From Octopus vulgaris (Eukaryota): DNA of 64,000 bases. The position numbers were made by a program, and so were the translations under genes. The stretch covers positions 52,328,001 to 52,392,000 of the forward strand of contig OX597830.1 in the NCBI GenBank assembly GCA_951406725.2, read 5' to 3'. Under the pieces are notes generated by a model. That model saw only the letters and a program-made list of their open reading frames with translations. It did no database searches and was not told where the DNA came from. Below, piece after piece: positions 49,400 to 62,699 of this stretch. Every line of letters begins with the position of its first letter. Position 1 is the stretch's first letter.

Positions 49400-51950
49400 T
49401 ACTGAACAAGATAGCGGAACCCGTCTTGAAAGAGTTGAGAAAAAGAAAATAGCCCCTTCCACAAATCTGGTGACTGCTGAAGTTTTTCCTTCTCTTTCCT
49501 CCATTACTGGCAACAGTACAGAAGAAAAACGGGACTGTAACAGCAGTAGTAGCAGTAATAGCAACAGCAGCAGTAGTAGTGGTAGCAACAACAGCAACGA
49601 AAGAGACGGCAACATCAGCGGCAGTAGCGATGACAAAGACAGCAACAACGATAGCAAAAGTGACAACGGCAACAACAACAAAACCAACACCAACAACAAC
49701 AACAACGGTAGCAACAGCAGCAACAACAACAACAACAACAACAACGAGAACACTACCAGCAACAAAGGCATGTTCGCGGCAGCAGCAGCAGCGATAAAGA
49801 AGCAACGCTTTACCGTGGACCTCACAAATAGAGATGAAATGTTGGCTCAGGCTTGGAAACTGATTAAACAAGAAAAACTTGGGCCAATCTGACTATTCAG
49901 CTAGAGGCAATTGAAGCAGTGGAGAAAAGAACGGTACTTTCCAGATGCATCTCAGCAGACACGAAAGGAGCGGCCTTAATAGCCCAAGTAGATATTGAAG
50001 CGGCGCTGAGGTGCATCAGAGATGACACCGAGTACATAGCAAAGGGCAAACAATAAGGCACCCTCACTATCAAACATTCAATGGATGGAAGCACTCCGTC
50101 GGTTACGACGACTAGGGTTCCGGTTGATCCGAATCAACGGAACAGCCTGCTCGTGAAATTAACATGTAAGTGGCTGAGCACTCCACAGACACGTGTACCC
50201 TTAACGTAGTTCTCGGGGATATTCAGCGTGACACAGAGAGTGACAAGGCCGGCCCTTTGAAATACAGGTACAACAGAAACAGGAAGTAAGAGTGAGAGAA
50301 AGTTGTGTTGAAAGAGTACAGCAGGGATCACCACCATCCCCTGCCGGAGCCTCGTGGAGCTTTAGGTGTTTTCGCTCAATAAACACTCACAACGCCCGGT
50401 CTGGGAATCGAAACCGCGAGTTCGCTGCCCTAACCACTGGGCCATTGCGCCTCCACTCAAACATTCAATGATCCCTTGCAAAATCAACAAAGTCATTATG
50501 TACCGCTCCCACATGGGAAACGTACAGCACGTGTCCGCATTCCTAGGATCCCACCAGGATTTGATATTTGGTGGCTTCTGGGATGCGTCTCCTCTCTTCT
50601 GAACGTATTGATTCTTGAGCCTTTACTGCGGAAGTTGGAGCTGCTGCAGAGCATCCCGCTTGAACCGGAACGTAGAAGGGCAGTATCGGCGTATGCGGAT
50701 GACATCACCGTGATGGTGTCGGACACCTCAGAAATCGTGGTGGTCGGCACATCATTGGAGGAATATGAAAAGTTGACGGGGGCAAAACAACCCGAAAAAG
50801 TCAGTGGGCTTGCAACTCAGCACCTGAAGAGGCAAGTCCATGTCGTCCAAAAGCGTCATTGGGTGCTGGGCGGACAGACCGGTAAAGTTGATTGAGGTTT
50901 GGTTCGGACCAGATCTCCAGGTGGATAAGAAATGGGACGAGGTGACGAGCAGGGTAGCCAGTCTCACCCAGAAATTGGCTACGAGGAAACTGTTACTGAA
51001 ATGTCGGGTGGGGGTGGCAAATGCGTTCATTGCGTCCCTCATTTACTGCCGTTGGGCCTTGTCCTCGTTTGTGCCTCTCCAAGTTGGAGCGCCTCCTCTT
51101 CAAATTCTTATGGAAGGAACAGGTTCCATTTGTGAAACAGTCCATCTGCTGCCAACATCTTCTACGCAGAGGGCTGGGCATACCGTGGTCAATGATGCGC
51201 AGACATGCGCTGAGGTTGCGGCATCTCCAGATATTCTGCCTAAACGGTAAACGTTTCTCAAACAGGCCTTTCCCCAGCTCGACTCCTTGACGGAGCTGCA
51301 GTCCTGGGTCAAGAAGAGACCGAGACAGGGCGATTGGCATCTGGAATGTTGCCAGGCACTCACTGCACTCTACCAGTCTGGCAATGAGATCAGTGGAACA
51401 TCCATTCTCGAGTTCTATAGAGGGATAGCGGAAGGAAAGAGTGATGCCGCACTTGGAGAGGCGCCAAGCGTTGACGAAGTCGAACTGATCATTCTGTTCA
51501 GGAGTCGGGGACGATGAATAACTTCCAAAATCCCTAGCTTGGCAGTACTACCGGGGGGCACTGCCGGTTAGAGATAAACTCTACAGGCACGGAAGTGCTG
51601 TCAGACAGACCTGCGTGCAGAGCGACGGAACCGTTCTGCACGCACTCGTCCAGTGTCCTTGCGTTACTGGCTTATGGAGTTATGTTGAACAACTGTTATC
51701 ACTAATATGACGGATCCGGCTATCGACCGATTCCATAGTGAAAAATCAATCCGCTGCCTTCCATTGGTCCTGAAGGGCAGAAAATGTTCCTGTCTTATAG
51801 CAGTAGCGAAAGAGGTTGTATGGTAGACCAGGTTGAAAGGACTGAAGACAAACACTTTCCTCTTCCGCCAATCCCTCATCAACTTTTCCAAATTTCACTT
51901 GGAAAGGAAGATGAGGGTTGAGAGAGAAGTGCTGCCTCCCAATTATTTTC
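49400..51950 (+). mobile_element. Decayed, internally deleted Tx1/L1-like LINE (possible ORF1 remnant plus RT and zf-RVT)
   Basis: LILEPLLRKL..VSAYADDITVMVS, VWFGPDLQVDKKW, FKFLWK..GLGIPW and YRGALPVRDKLYRHG. The 5' boundary and ORF1 assignment (49400-50070) are tentative. Confidence 0.75.
50084..50456 (-). mobile_element. tRNA SINE (family of 43643) inserted in the Tx1-like LINE, 14-bp TSD
   Basis: TSD tcaaacattcaatg at 50070-50083 and 50457-50470. Confidence 0.9.
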
Positions 51951-52034
51951 ATATACACTGAACATGTTGGAGAAGAAAAAATCCTAACATCGGGCTACAA
52001 GTAACATTAGATAGGTATTTTGCCCATCGCTATT

Positions 52035-52190
52035 TTCCGAGTTCAAATTCCGCCGAGGTCGACTTTGTCTTTCATCCTTTCAGGGTCGGTAAAATAAGTA
52101 CCAGTGAAACACTGGGGGGTTGATGTAATCGACTAGTCCCCTCCCCCAAAAAAAATTTCAGGCCTTGTGCCTATTAATAGAAAGGATTAT
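52035..52190 (+). mobile_element. Meta-type SINE, 5'-truncated
   Basis: gagttcaaattccgccgaggtcgactttgtctttcatcctttcagggtcggtaaaataagtaccag. Confidence 0.83.
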
Positions 52191-52249
52191 TACTACAACT
52201 GTTTTATTTCAATTCATCTTTTGATAGGGGTGGGGCATGTATGCAAAGG

Positions 52250-52321
<72 letters not shown>

Positions 52322-52471
52322 CAATATGCGTGTACATTGTGCGCGTGTCGTTGTGTGTGTGTACATATGTCTATATAAATATTTGTGTGTTTGTATGTGA
52401 ATGTGTTTCTGTGTGTGTATGTGTGTGCGTGAGCATGCTTGTTTGTGTGTGTATATTTGTGTGTGTGTATA

Positions 52472-52511
<40 letters not shown>

Positions 52512-52794
52512 ATAAGGTTTCATTATAATTCTTAATAAAATCAACTTTCTAACAGAAATCGTAATTAGTTCTAAGTTCTCAGATGACAAATATTGGTAAC
52601 ATATGGCAATGTCTAATTGAATAAGGTAGTTTCTTGTTTGCAAAGTTAAAACATCAATTTTCAGAGAAATAACGCAAATAAAACGGTTTCGAATCACGGC
52701 TCCCCAAATTAAAATAATGTAAACTTCAATATTCATTTTAAATCCGAGATGTTTTTCGTTAATTAGTTTTAGCATTATTTTTGCCTCTAGTTTA

Positions 52795-53002
52795 TCTTTC
52801 ACTTGTTTCAGTCATTAATTAGACTGTGGTCATACTGGAGCACCAGCCTTGAATCGCCCAGTATTTTTTAGAACCTAATACTTATTTTATCGTTATCTTT
52901 TGTCGAACCATTGAGTTATGGGGACGCAAACACATCAACACCGGTTATCAAACAGTGGTGGAGAACAAACACTTATACAAAAACACATACAGAGACACAC
53001 AC

Positions 53003-53071
<69 letters not shown>

Positions 53072-53227
53072 CACAATGGGCTTCTTTTCAGTTTCCGTCT
53101 ACCAAATCCAATCACAAGGTTTTAGTCGACCTGAAGCTATAGCAGAAGACACTTACCCAAGGCGCTACGCAGTGGGACTGAACCCGGAGCCACGTGGCTG
53201 CGAAGCAAGCTTCTTACTACACAGCCA
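52795..53227 (-). mobile_element. CORE-like SINE
   Basis: Tail cttgtttcagtca.. through tttcagtttccgtctaccaaatcc and gtgggactgaacccgg. Confidence 0.83.
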
Positions 53228-53656
53228 TATATATATATCATTTATAGTTTTGCAACCATATTATACTGCCAAGTATATTACAGGTTTATAAGTCAATATT
53301 GTAACTTACTTTCGTGTTAGCAGTGCGATGTTCTTTGTAAGTTTATCTCTGCAGATTTTCTGTTGAATTCAGAGCAATCACTAAAAGTTACAAAAGAGAC
53401 GATAACTCTTGAAAATGCTTATACACCCATTACCTATGTTTCTACCTTCAGGTGCATCGTTTGCATAAAAACGTATACAAAACGTTGTAACTTTCAGTTC
53501 TGGTTTAGAAAATTTGTAAAATTAAATTTTAAGAATATTTCTTTTATTTATTGGTGTATTATTTTTCATTTCAATTTTATATTTCACGTCATTTTCAGGA
53601 TTTCTGATTTTTCAAAATCTTCAAGAGACAAAAGAAATGCAATAATAATGATGATG

Positions 53657-53704
<48 letters not shown>

Positions 53705-53706
<2 letters not shown>

Positions 53707-54153
53707 CCTTTCTAGTAAAGGCACAAGGCCTGAAATTTAGGGAGGAGGAGACCTGTTGATTACATCGACTCCAGTGTTTCACTGGTATCTAATTTATCGA
53801 CCCCGAAAGGATAAAAAGCGAAGTCGACCTCGGCGGAATTTGAACTCAGAACGTAAAGACAGACGAAATACCACTAAGCATTTCGCCCAGCGTGCTAACG
53901 TTTTTTCTGCCAGCTCGCTGCATTAATAATAATAATAATGGTTTCTAATTTTGCCACAAGGGCAGTAATTTTGAGGGAGAGGATGAGTCGACTACATCGA
54001 CCCCAGTGTTCAACTGGTACTTAATTTATCGACCCCGAAAGGATGAAAGGCAAAGTCGACCTCGGCGGAATTTGAACACAGAACGTAATGACGGACGAAA
54101 TGCTACTTAGCATGTTGCCCGGTCTGCTAACGATTCTGCCAGCTCACCATCTT
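53705..54153 (-). mobile_element. Two adjacent Meta-type SINEs in (AAT)n context
   Basis: Copies at 53705-53920 and 53938-54153. Confidence 0.87.
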
Positions 54154-54296
54154 AATGATAGTAATAACACAGTAATCCCTCGACTATCGCGGGTGTCAGG
54201 ATATAAATCCCCATGTGATAGGTGAAAAATCGTGAAGTAAAAACAGTACTGTACTGTATATTTTTTGCTGTTGTTTTTATAATTTGTATATATTTA

Positions 54297-54689
54297 TCTA
54301 TATATATAAAGCTGCAGTTGTCTGTGTATGGCAGGTTTGGTAGCCTTCAACTAACACTATCTCCTCTCGAGATCCTGCAGCGCAAGTTGACCAAAATTAA
54401 CGGTATGATAGAAGAAGGCTTGCTCTTCATTCCGTAAAAGAGAAAAATTAAAATCGGACCATGTTAACACCAAAAATTATTTACATCAAAAAGATGCTTT
54501 TTTTCTATGAAAATCCGTAATTTTTTACGATTTTGTGACTGCAGTGTCGCCATTTTTCGGTGTATTTCAACCAGAAAAATGTTCACTTAAAGAGAATAAA
54601 AAGCTACATAATGCAAAATTTTTACTTTTTAAAAATTCCAATTCTAAGGGGTCGAAACAAACCCGAGCAACGCCGGACAATACTGCTAG
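54297..54689 (+). mobile_element. Non-autonomous Helitron (393 bp)
   Basis: A|TCTATATATATAAAG start and aaacccgagcaacgccggacaatactgCTAG|T end. Confidence 0.87.
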
Positions 54690-54747
54690 TTTTATTATAA
54701 ATAAACGCGGCACGGCGGAATCGACGTAACCTTAAGTTAATAAACAG

Positions 54748-55322
54748 CTTTCTACTATAGGGTACAAGGCCTAAAATTTTGGGGGTGGGAATAAGACGAT
54801 TACATCAACCCCCAGTATTTCACTGGTACTTAATTTATCGACCCAGAAAGGATGAAAGGCAAAGTTGACTACAGTGGAATTTGAACTCAGAACGTAGAGA
54901 CGGTTGAAATGCCACTAAACATTTTACCCGCGTGCTAACGATTCTGCCAGCTCTCCACATGGTAACAGTAATTATATTTTACTTGTTTTAGTCAGTAGAC
55001 TACGGCCATGCTGGGGCACTATTACTGTTTTATTGATTAGAGTTTGAATCATAGGTGGAATGGATGTGGTGTTGGGCGAAGTTATACACCAAAAATATGT
55101 GGAAGGGTGAGGTTATACAATAAGCAAACTAAAGCTTTAATAAAATATGAAATGAAAATAATCCTTTTTACTATAGACTCAAGTCCTGACATTTGTGGGA
55201 GGGGGATGGTCAATTACATCGCCCCCAGTGGTCAACTGGTACTTAATTAACCGACCCTGAAAGGATGAAAGACAAAGTGGACCTCAGCAGAATTTGAACT
55301 CAGAGCGTAGCGGCAGGCGAAG
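54748..55322 (-). mobile_element. Two Meta-type SINEs (54748-54958, 55161-55322) and a CORE-like SINE tail (54978-55020)
   Basis: Family cores as above. Confidence 0.8.
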
Positions 55323-55734
55323 TAGCGATATAAGTTTAAATTCGGCTGCCAAATCAGAGAGCAACAGAAATGGCGGTAGTAAATCATAGAACGAGATATC
55401 TTTATTTCTATCAAATTATTTCGTGGTGTAAAACGAAGGCAAACATCATTAACATATGAAACCACTACAATTAGGATAGAATAACGTTATTCTGGGAAGA
55501 ATGCTGCTTATTTACTCGGAAGAATCGGAGAATTTTGTTGTGGTTTTCACTAAGTTAAAAAGATAGGAGCTTCTGATTGTTATCAAAGAAAACACGCAAC
55601 AACATAAATATCAGTAAAGGTGAGGAGGGGGATGTGACATGCACCCTGGAGGTCGAGGAAAAGTAGCAAACGTTTAGTGTGTGTGTGTATTCATCTTTGT
55701 GTGCGTATATATATATATACATTTATATATATAT

Positions 55735-55795
<61 letters not shown>

Positions 55796-55890
55796 CATAT
55801 ACATATGTATGTACATATGTACACAATGGATTATAATTATTATATATTATGTAAATATATATCATTCATATATACTCTACATGTGTACAT

Positions 55891-55934
<44 letters not shown>

Positions 55935-55960
55935 ATATTTGTATGTATGTATATATATAC

Positions 55961-56084
<124 letters not shown>

Positions 56085-56378
56085 ACGCGCCAAGGCGTAC
56101 CATAATAAGCGTTGGAAAGGTTTAGTGGTTAACTTAGTTTAGCTTCCCAAATAAAGATATTCGTGAAACAGGGTAAAAAAATGAGGATAATCATGATGAC
56201 AGCCTGCGTTATGTTGATGTGGTTATGTGGTTATACTTATGTATTGATGTTTTCAGGTGGTTATGCGTTACAGTAAACATTGAGAATAAGTATGGCGGCT
56301 ACAGTTGCCGCCATTCCGATGAAAACATTAATCACTTACAAAATACTTGTATATGGGATGGGGAGGTACAGTGTTGAG

Positions 56379-56572
<194 letters not shown>

Positions 56573-56711
56573 CAGGCAGTGGGTCTTCATTTTAGGCAGA
56601 AATCTTAGGAAGATTAAAGAAACAGTGTATTAAAAAGAACAATAAAAACACTCATTCATGTGTGTGTGCGTGCGTGCGTGTGTGTATGTGCGTATGCGCG
56701 TATGTGCGTGT

Positions 56712-56750
<39 letters not shown>

Positions 56751-56882
56751 GCCAACATGCATTTTATACGATATGTAGGCATGCATCTATACATGTAGGC
56801 TTATGTACACATTTATGCATATATATTGTGTACGTGTGTGTGTGTATATATATATATGTATTTGTGTGAGTGTGTGTGTATG

Positions 56883-56933
<51 letters not shown>

Positions 56934-56973
56934 ATATGTATATATAGAGAGATATAGATACATACATACATAC

Positions 56974-57008
<35 letters not shown>

Positions 57009-57370
57009 GGTATAATGTGTGTGAGTGTGTGTGTATCTATGTAAAAGCCACAAGTGTTTGGTGTAAATGTCATTCTATTCTCTTTACTCTTTCTTGCTTA
57101 GTTTCTGGTGTGAAAGCTACATTATCGAGTTTGAGAGTGTTGGTGGGGGTGGACATGGAGGGATTGGCGTTGGGTAGAAGAGTGGAAGGAATCAACTGTC
57201 TCTCTTTCTCTCTGAAAAGGAATCCAAAGAATCATGATAAATGATCGCAAGACAAATCTAAGAATTTTCTTTTATTTTCTTATTGTCGTTCATCCATTCT
57301 GGTATTTTTCTGCTGTTGTTGCTGCCGCTACTGCTGCTGCTACTGTTGCACTTGTTGTTGTTTTTTATGC

Positions 57371-57404
<34 letters not shown>

Positions 57405-57744
57405 GCTTTGTATGCTGTTGTTCTGTTTACTGTTGCTTTTCTTGATGTTGATGTTGTAGATGCAAAGTGTGGAACATGTGCGCACATAAAAATGGTTGCC
57501 AAAATATATAAAGAAAAACAAACAGAACACACATCCAAAGAATTTTTCTTTCGATTGTTGATATTTATAACCATTTCTATAACGGAACTAACACTGAACT
57601 GGTTTAGTAATTGTGTCTTGTGATTTCTCACTTGTGACCGTTCCATGTGTCTCCATGTACATTTACGTAAATGTGTACGTGTGTGCGTGTCTGTCTACAT
57701 GTACATGTTGTTTCTGTATATGTATGCCTGTACTTGTATCTATG

Positions 57745-57833
<89 letters not shown>

Positions 57834-57859
57834 CCAGAAATGCACAAAATAGAAAATAC

Positions 57860-57911
<52 letters not shown>

Positions 57912-57927
57912 TTTTACTTACAATTTA

Positions 57928-58350
57928 CAGTTGCGGCCAAAATGTTCAGAACGGCATTGTTTTCGTCAGAAAAGTAGATATAATTTTTTATCAAAGTTGT
58001 TTTATATTCTATAATTTTCACAGACAATAAATACAATATTAATTGTTATTGTCTGAGATTTTGGTGTAATTTGAGAGGATAATACAAAAGTTATGGATGA
58101 TTTAGTGATTTACTGCAAAACCCATGACAGCCAAAATGATCAGAACGGATGAAAAAATAACAAAATAATCAAAAATGACAGAGAATACAGGAATTATTTA
58201 ATATTTAGTGTGAAGCCCTTTAGCTTCAATCACACTCTGACATCTTCGACTGCATGAGGAAATTAAATTTTCAATTTCTTGCTGGGTGATCTTATTCCAT
58301 TCTTCCTGAAGGGCATTCCATAATTGCTCAGTTGTTTTAGGATTTCTGGC
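57928..58350 (-). mobile_element. Tc1-like element 3' end (IR/DR-type TIR plus transposase C-terminus)
   Basis: TA|CAGTTGCGGCCAAAATGTTCAGAACGG terminus with inner repeat cagccaaaatgatcagaacgg at ~58128; minus strand NPKTTEQLWNALQEEWNKITQQEIENLISSCSRRCQSVIEAKG.HTKY*. Confidence 0.82.
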
Positions 58351-58494
58351 TAACTGGTACTTAATTTATCGACCCCAAAAGGATGAAAGGCAAAGTCGAC
58401 CTCGGCGGAATTTGAACTCACAACGTAACGGCAGACGAAATACCGCTAAGCATTTCGCCCGGCGTGCTAACGATTCTGCCAGCTCGCCACCTTA
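58351..58494 (-). mobile_element. Meta-type SINE (head plus core)
   Basis: Near-consensus copy. Confidence 0.87.
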
Positions 58495-58784
58495 GTATAT
58501 AGAGATAATGCACAAACTATGCAATGGTTTGTAAAGGTGTAGTTTGTATACTATTTTTATATGCATCAAAATGGCTGATTCAATTTCGTTTCAGAAATGA
58601 CTGGAGTATGTTACACTGAGAAACCACAACAACGGGGAAATACTTATCTGTCGATCTTTGGCTGTTTCTGAGGTGATTTCTTTACGCCAGGCGCAATGCG
58701 TCTCTTACATACATTTTTCGTAGAAGAAAACCGAAGTTCTTCGCTTTTCAACGACACACATACTTTATGCACGTTATATTAATT

Positions 58785-58815
<31 letters not shown>

Positions 58816-58820
58816 CATGC

Positions 58821-58851
<31 letters not shown>

Positions 58852-58855
58852 TAAG

Positions 58856-58953
<98 letters not shown>

Positions 58954-59330
58954 TTGATATAAATAAACCATAAAAAGTCAGGAAGTATCAAATGCGAATG
59001 TATTTATTTAACTACTTGTCATCCTTCAGATTACGGCCGTTTCGCATCCTTCTTCATATAATAATTTCAGCGTATAATAGATAATGCTTATATTTCTGCA
59101 TTAATATGCCTGCTACTAATATATTTACCTCTGATACCTTTTTATGGCTTACATATACATGAAATAGTTTCATTGGGCGGATCTCCTGGATTTTAGCTAC
59201 ATGGAACTCTGCAGATGCTCCCCTGTATTGAACTATTATGTGGTCTCGCAGCCGAGTACGCTAGCAGAGATTTCTATGGTAACCACAAGATTCTATGAAT
59301 CCATGTATTGCACAACAAATATATATTTAC

Positions 59331-59384
<54 letters not shown>

Positions 59385-59415
59385 GCACGCACGCACACAC
59401 ACATACGTATGTATA

Positions 59416-60432
59416 TCAGGTCATCCCATAAGTAATGTTCGGATTTTAAATAAGGAAAACAAGTGGTCAAATCTTACATTTTAATGAGATTTAATCGTCA
59501 ATATAGTTTCCATGACTATCTAGGACATCTTTCCATCTACTCGTTAGCTTTTTAATCTCATTGGAGAAAGCCTCTTTTGATTTCAAAGAGGAGAACTCTG
59601 TAAGGTCAGTTTCGACTTCCTCGGTTGTATCGAGAGTTAATCCATCGAAATGATTCTGTAAAGTACGGAACAAATGATAATTTGAAGCAGCGAGGTCCGG
59701 TGAATAAGACAGACGAGCAATTTTCTCCCAGACAAGTTCCTCGATTTTCTGTCACGTGATTTTTGCAGTATGGGTCTTGCATTGTCCTGATGAAACACCA
59801 CTCACTTTCAATTCACTAAAGCAGGCCCTTTTTTCTTCAAAGCTGCGTTCAAACACTCTAATTTCTGACAGTAGATTTGAGCATTGATTGTTTCATTAGT
59901 TGATAGCAATCAAAATGGATGACTCCTTTGCAAACAGAGAGAAGAACCTTTTTCGCATGGAGTTCTCTTTTCGGTTGTGGTTGGGCCTTTATCCTCTTCA
60001 CTAAGGTTTCAAAACCACGTAAAAAACAAAATGAGGAACGGCAAACGTGTTATAAAATTGATTTTTCGCTCATTATTCAAAATTTTAAGTGGCTGCGGAG
60101 CCTGAAGATGTAAATTTAAGAACTTCAGATTTTAATGCAGTTGTCTACGATGCTTAACATTTTGATAAAAGACCCATTTTTCCTCATCGGTCACCAGTAT
60201 GTCCAAAAGCGGCGAGGTGAGTTCACGAGAACGAATAGAAGAGGTGTCCGCTCGAGATTTGCGATTGGCTTCAAACAAACCATGAGGCACTCATTTTCCG
60301 AGTTTTGAAACCTTTTCAAGTTGTGGAAGATGTCGGCGAACAGCTGTATGGCTTGAACGAAGCTTGCCTGCCAATTCTTCAGCTGAAACTGTATGATTTT
60401 TTCAAGTTCTGCGAAATGGAATTTGTCATCAA
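59416..60432 (-). mobile_element. Decayed mariner element with 3' TIR, same family as 15690-16669
   Basis: TIR TA|TCAGGTCATCCCATAAGTAA; FHQDNARP, YSPDLAASNYHLFRTLQNH, LVTDEEKWVFYQNV and RWKDVLDSHGNYIDD*. Confidence 0.88.
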
Positions 60433-61072
60433 AAAGTTTGTCGAAAAGTCTATTTATTTCACATAATTTTGAAATTTCAAATGCATTGTAGAGCTTGACA
60501 TTTTAACATTCTTGTTTTTAAAGGATTTCTCAAACGAAAATTGATTCGTAATAATGAATGTAAAAAACAAAATGAGGAACGGCAAACGTGTTATAAAATT
60601 GATTTTTCGCTCATTATTCAAAATTTTAAGTGGCTGCGGAGCCTGAAGATGTAAATTTAAGAACTTCAGATTTTAATGCAGTTGTTTTAAAAGATTTTCA
60701 CAATAAAAACTATATTCTTAAAAACGTATTTCGAAAATCTGTGTAAAAAGTACCTTTTTCGTTTCACATATACTTACATACACAGACACTTGTATAAATT
60801 AACGTGTATACACACACGCTCATAGATACACTTAGACACGCAGAGTGTTGTCGATATTTTCTACGTCCAGATAGTAATGCTCTTTAGCAACTATAAATGA
60901 ATGGTCGATTCTAGCTGACTCCCTTATCAGGAATTAAAGTCTTCCGCTTTAATAACGGATGCGCACAATTGCAGATAAGAAAAATTGCTATATCTCTCAT
61001 TTCAGCCATTTTCTTCTTATTTTAATATTTCCGCTACAAAATACAGCAGTAATATCTGATCACTTCATAGAT

Positions 61073-61152
<80 letters not shown>

Positions 61153-61286
61153 TTATGTGTTTATGTATATGTATGTATCCATGTGTGTGTGTGTGGATGT
61201 ATGTAGTTATGTATGTATATAGCGTTTTCGTAGTTTCCTCATTTTTGAGTACACATATATAGATGCACATATATGTGCGTGGGGGG

Positions 61287-61325
<39 letters not shown>

Positions 61326-61619
61326 TATATGTATGTATGTATGTATATGTATATATATACACATATATATGTATTGTATATATACATACATATATATATT
61401 TATATATATACACATACATATTCATGTATATATATATACGCATATATACATATATATATAATTGCATACATATATATATATGCATATATGTATATATGTA
61501 CATATATGTGTGCGTGTGGGTGTGTGCATGTGTATGTGTGTGTGTAATTTATGGAATATATTATATACTGTATATGTATATATAATCTGTATATATTATA
61601 TATAATTTATATACGTAAT

Positions 61620-61651
<32 letters not shown>

Positions 61652-61983
61652 CATATACATATATGTAAGTGTATGTATATGCATATATGTAAATGAGTGG
61701 GTCTTGGTGGGTGTATGTATTAATAAATTCGAAATTCTATATGTGCTTCTTGCATGGCTTCTTGGCTTACAGAGTCAACCCCTACGAGATGTAAGCCCAA
61801 CAAATTGCATATATCCTCAAAGTATTTCCATACTGCCTGGATCCACCATCCTGTGGCACAAATTTGAAACACCCTATAACATCCTTAGTTCGTAGGATCA
61901 GCAACATGTACGAAGCATAGCAACGGAAGTAGAAATATGGAGACCAAAGAAGCTGGGTAATGGCTGGAAAATTATGAGGCTCT

Positions 61984-62340
61984 GGCGTGGTTTTGTGGTA
62001 AGAAGCTTGCTTCCCAACCTCGTGGTTCCGGGTTCAGTCCCACTGCGTGACGCCTCGAGCAAGTGTTTTCTACTCAAGCCTCGGGCCGACCAAAGCCCTG
62101 TGAGTGGATCTGCTAGACGATAACTGAATGATGCCCATCTTTTGTGTGTGTGAGTGTTTTCCCCACCATTGCCTGACAACCGGTGCTGGTGTGTTTACGT
62201 CTACGTAACCACACCAGCACCGGTGTGGCCAGAGTGACCGATAGAACATATACAAGGCTTTAAAGAAGAAGTACTGAGGTCGAATCTCCCAAGGTGGTGC
62301 CCCAGCATGGCCGCAGTCTAATGACTGAAACAAATAGAAA
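61984..62340 (+). mobile_element. CORE-like SINE
   Basis: Head ggttcagtcccactgcgtg and tail ggtgccccagcatggccgcagtctaatgactgaaac. Confidence 0.83.
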
Positions 62341-62699
62341 CCATTTAAAAAATGAGATCAGCAGCGAGAACAATTGATATTTTTTAATTTCTTTAGCTTT
62401 TAAAATATGCTTTGGCAGTAAAAGACTTTTCATGTTGGTTTGGAATGAAGACGCCTCTGCGAAGCAATTTTTTTTTTTTTTCGTTAAATCCTTTCCTTCC
62501 GGACAAAATCTATGGAACATGAGGTTATAGTTAGTTTCCTTATATTAGATTCATTCTCGAAGAAAAAGTTTTGTTTTTTTTTTGTTTTTTTTTAACTTGA
62601 ACTAACTTAATATTTCTATGAAATGGTTTTCAAAAATCAAGTTTGAATTTCAGAACGGTTAAAATTATATTTGTTTCCACTGAGACTGCGTTCAAGGTT

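Noticed and set aside
49470-49892. Host exon encoding an S/N-rich protein
   Set aside because: Mostly (CAA/CAG) repeats that run into stops and then Tx1-like sequence; more likely a decayed ORF1.
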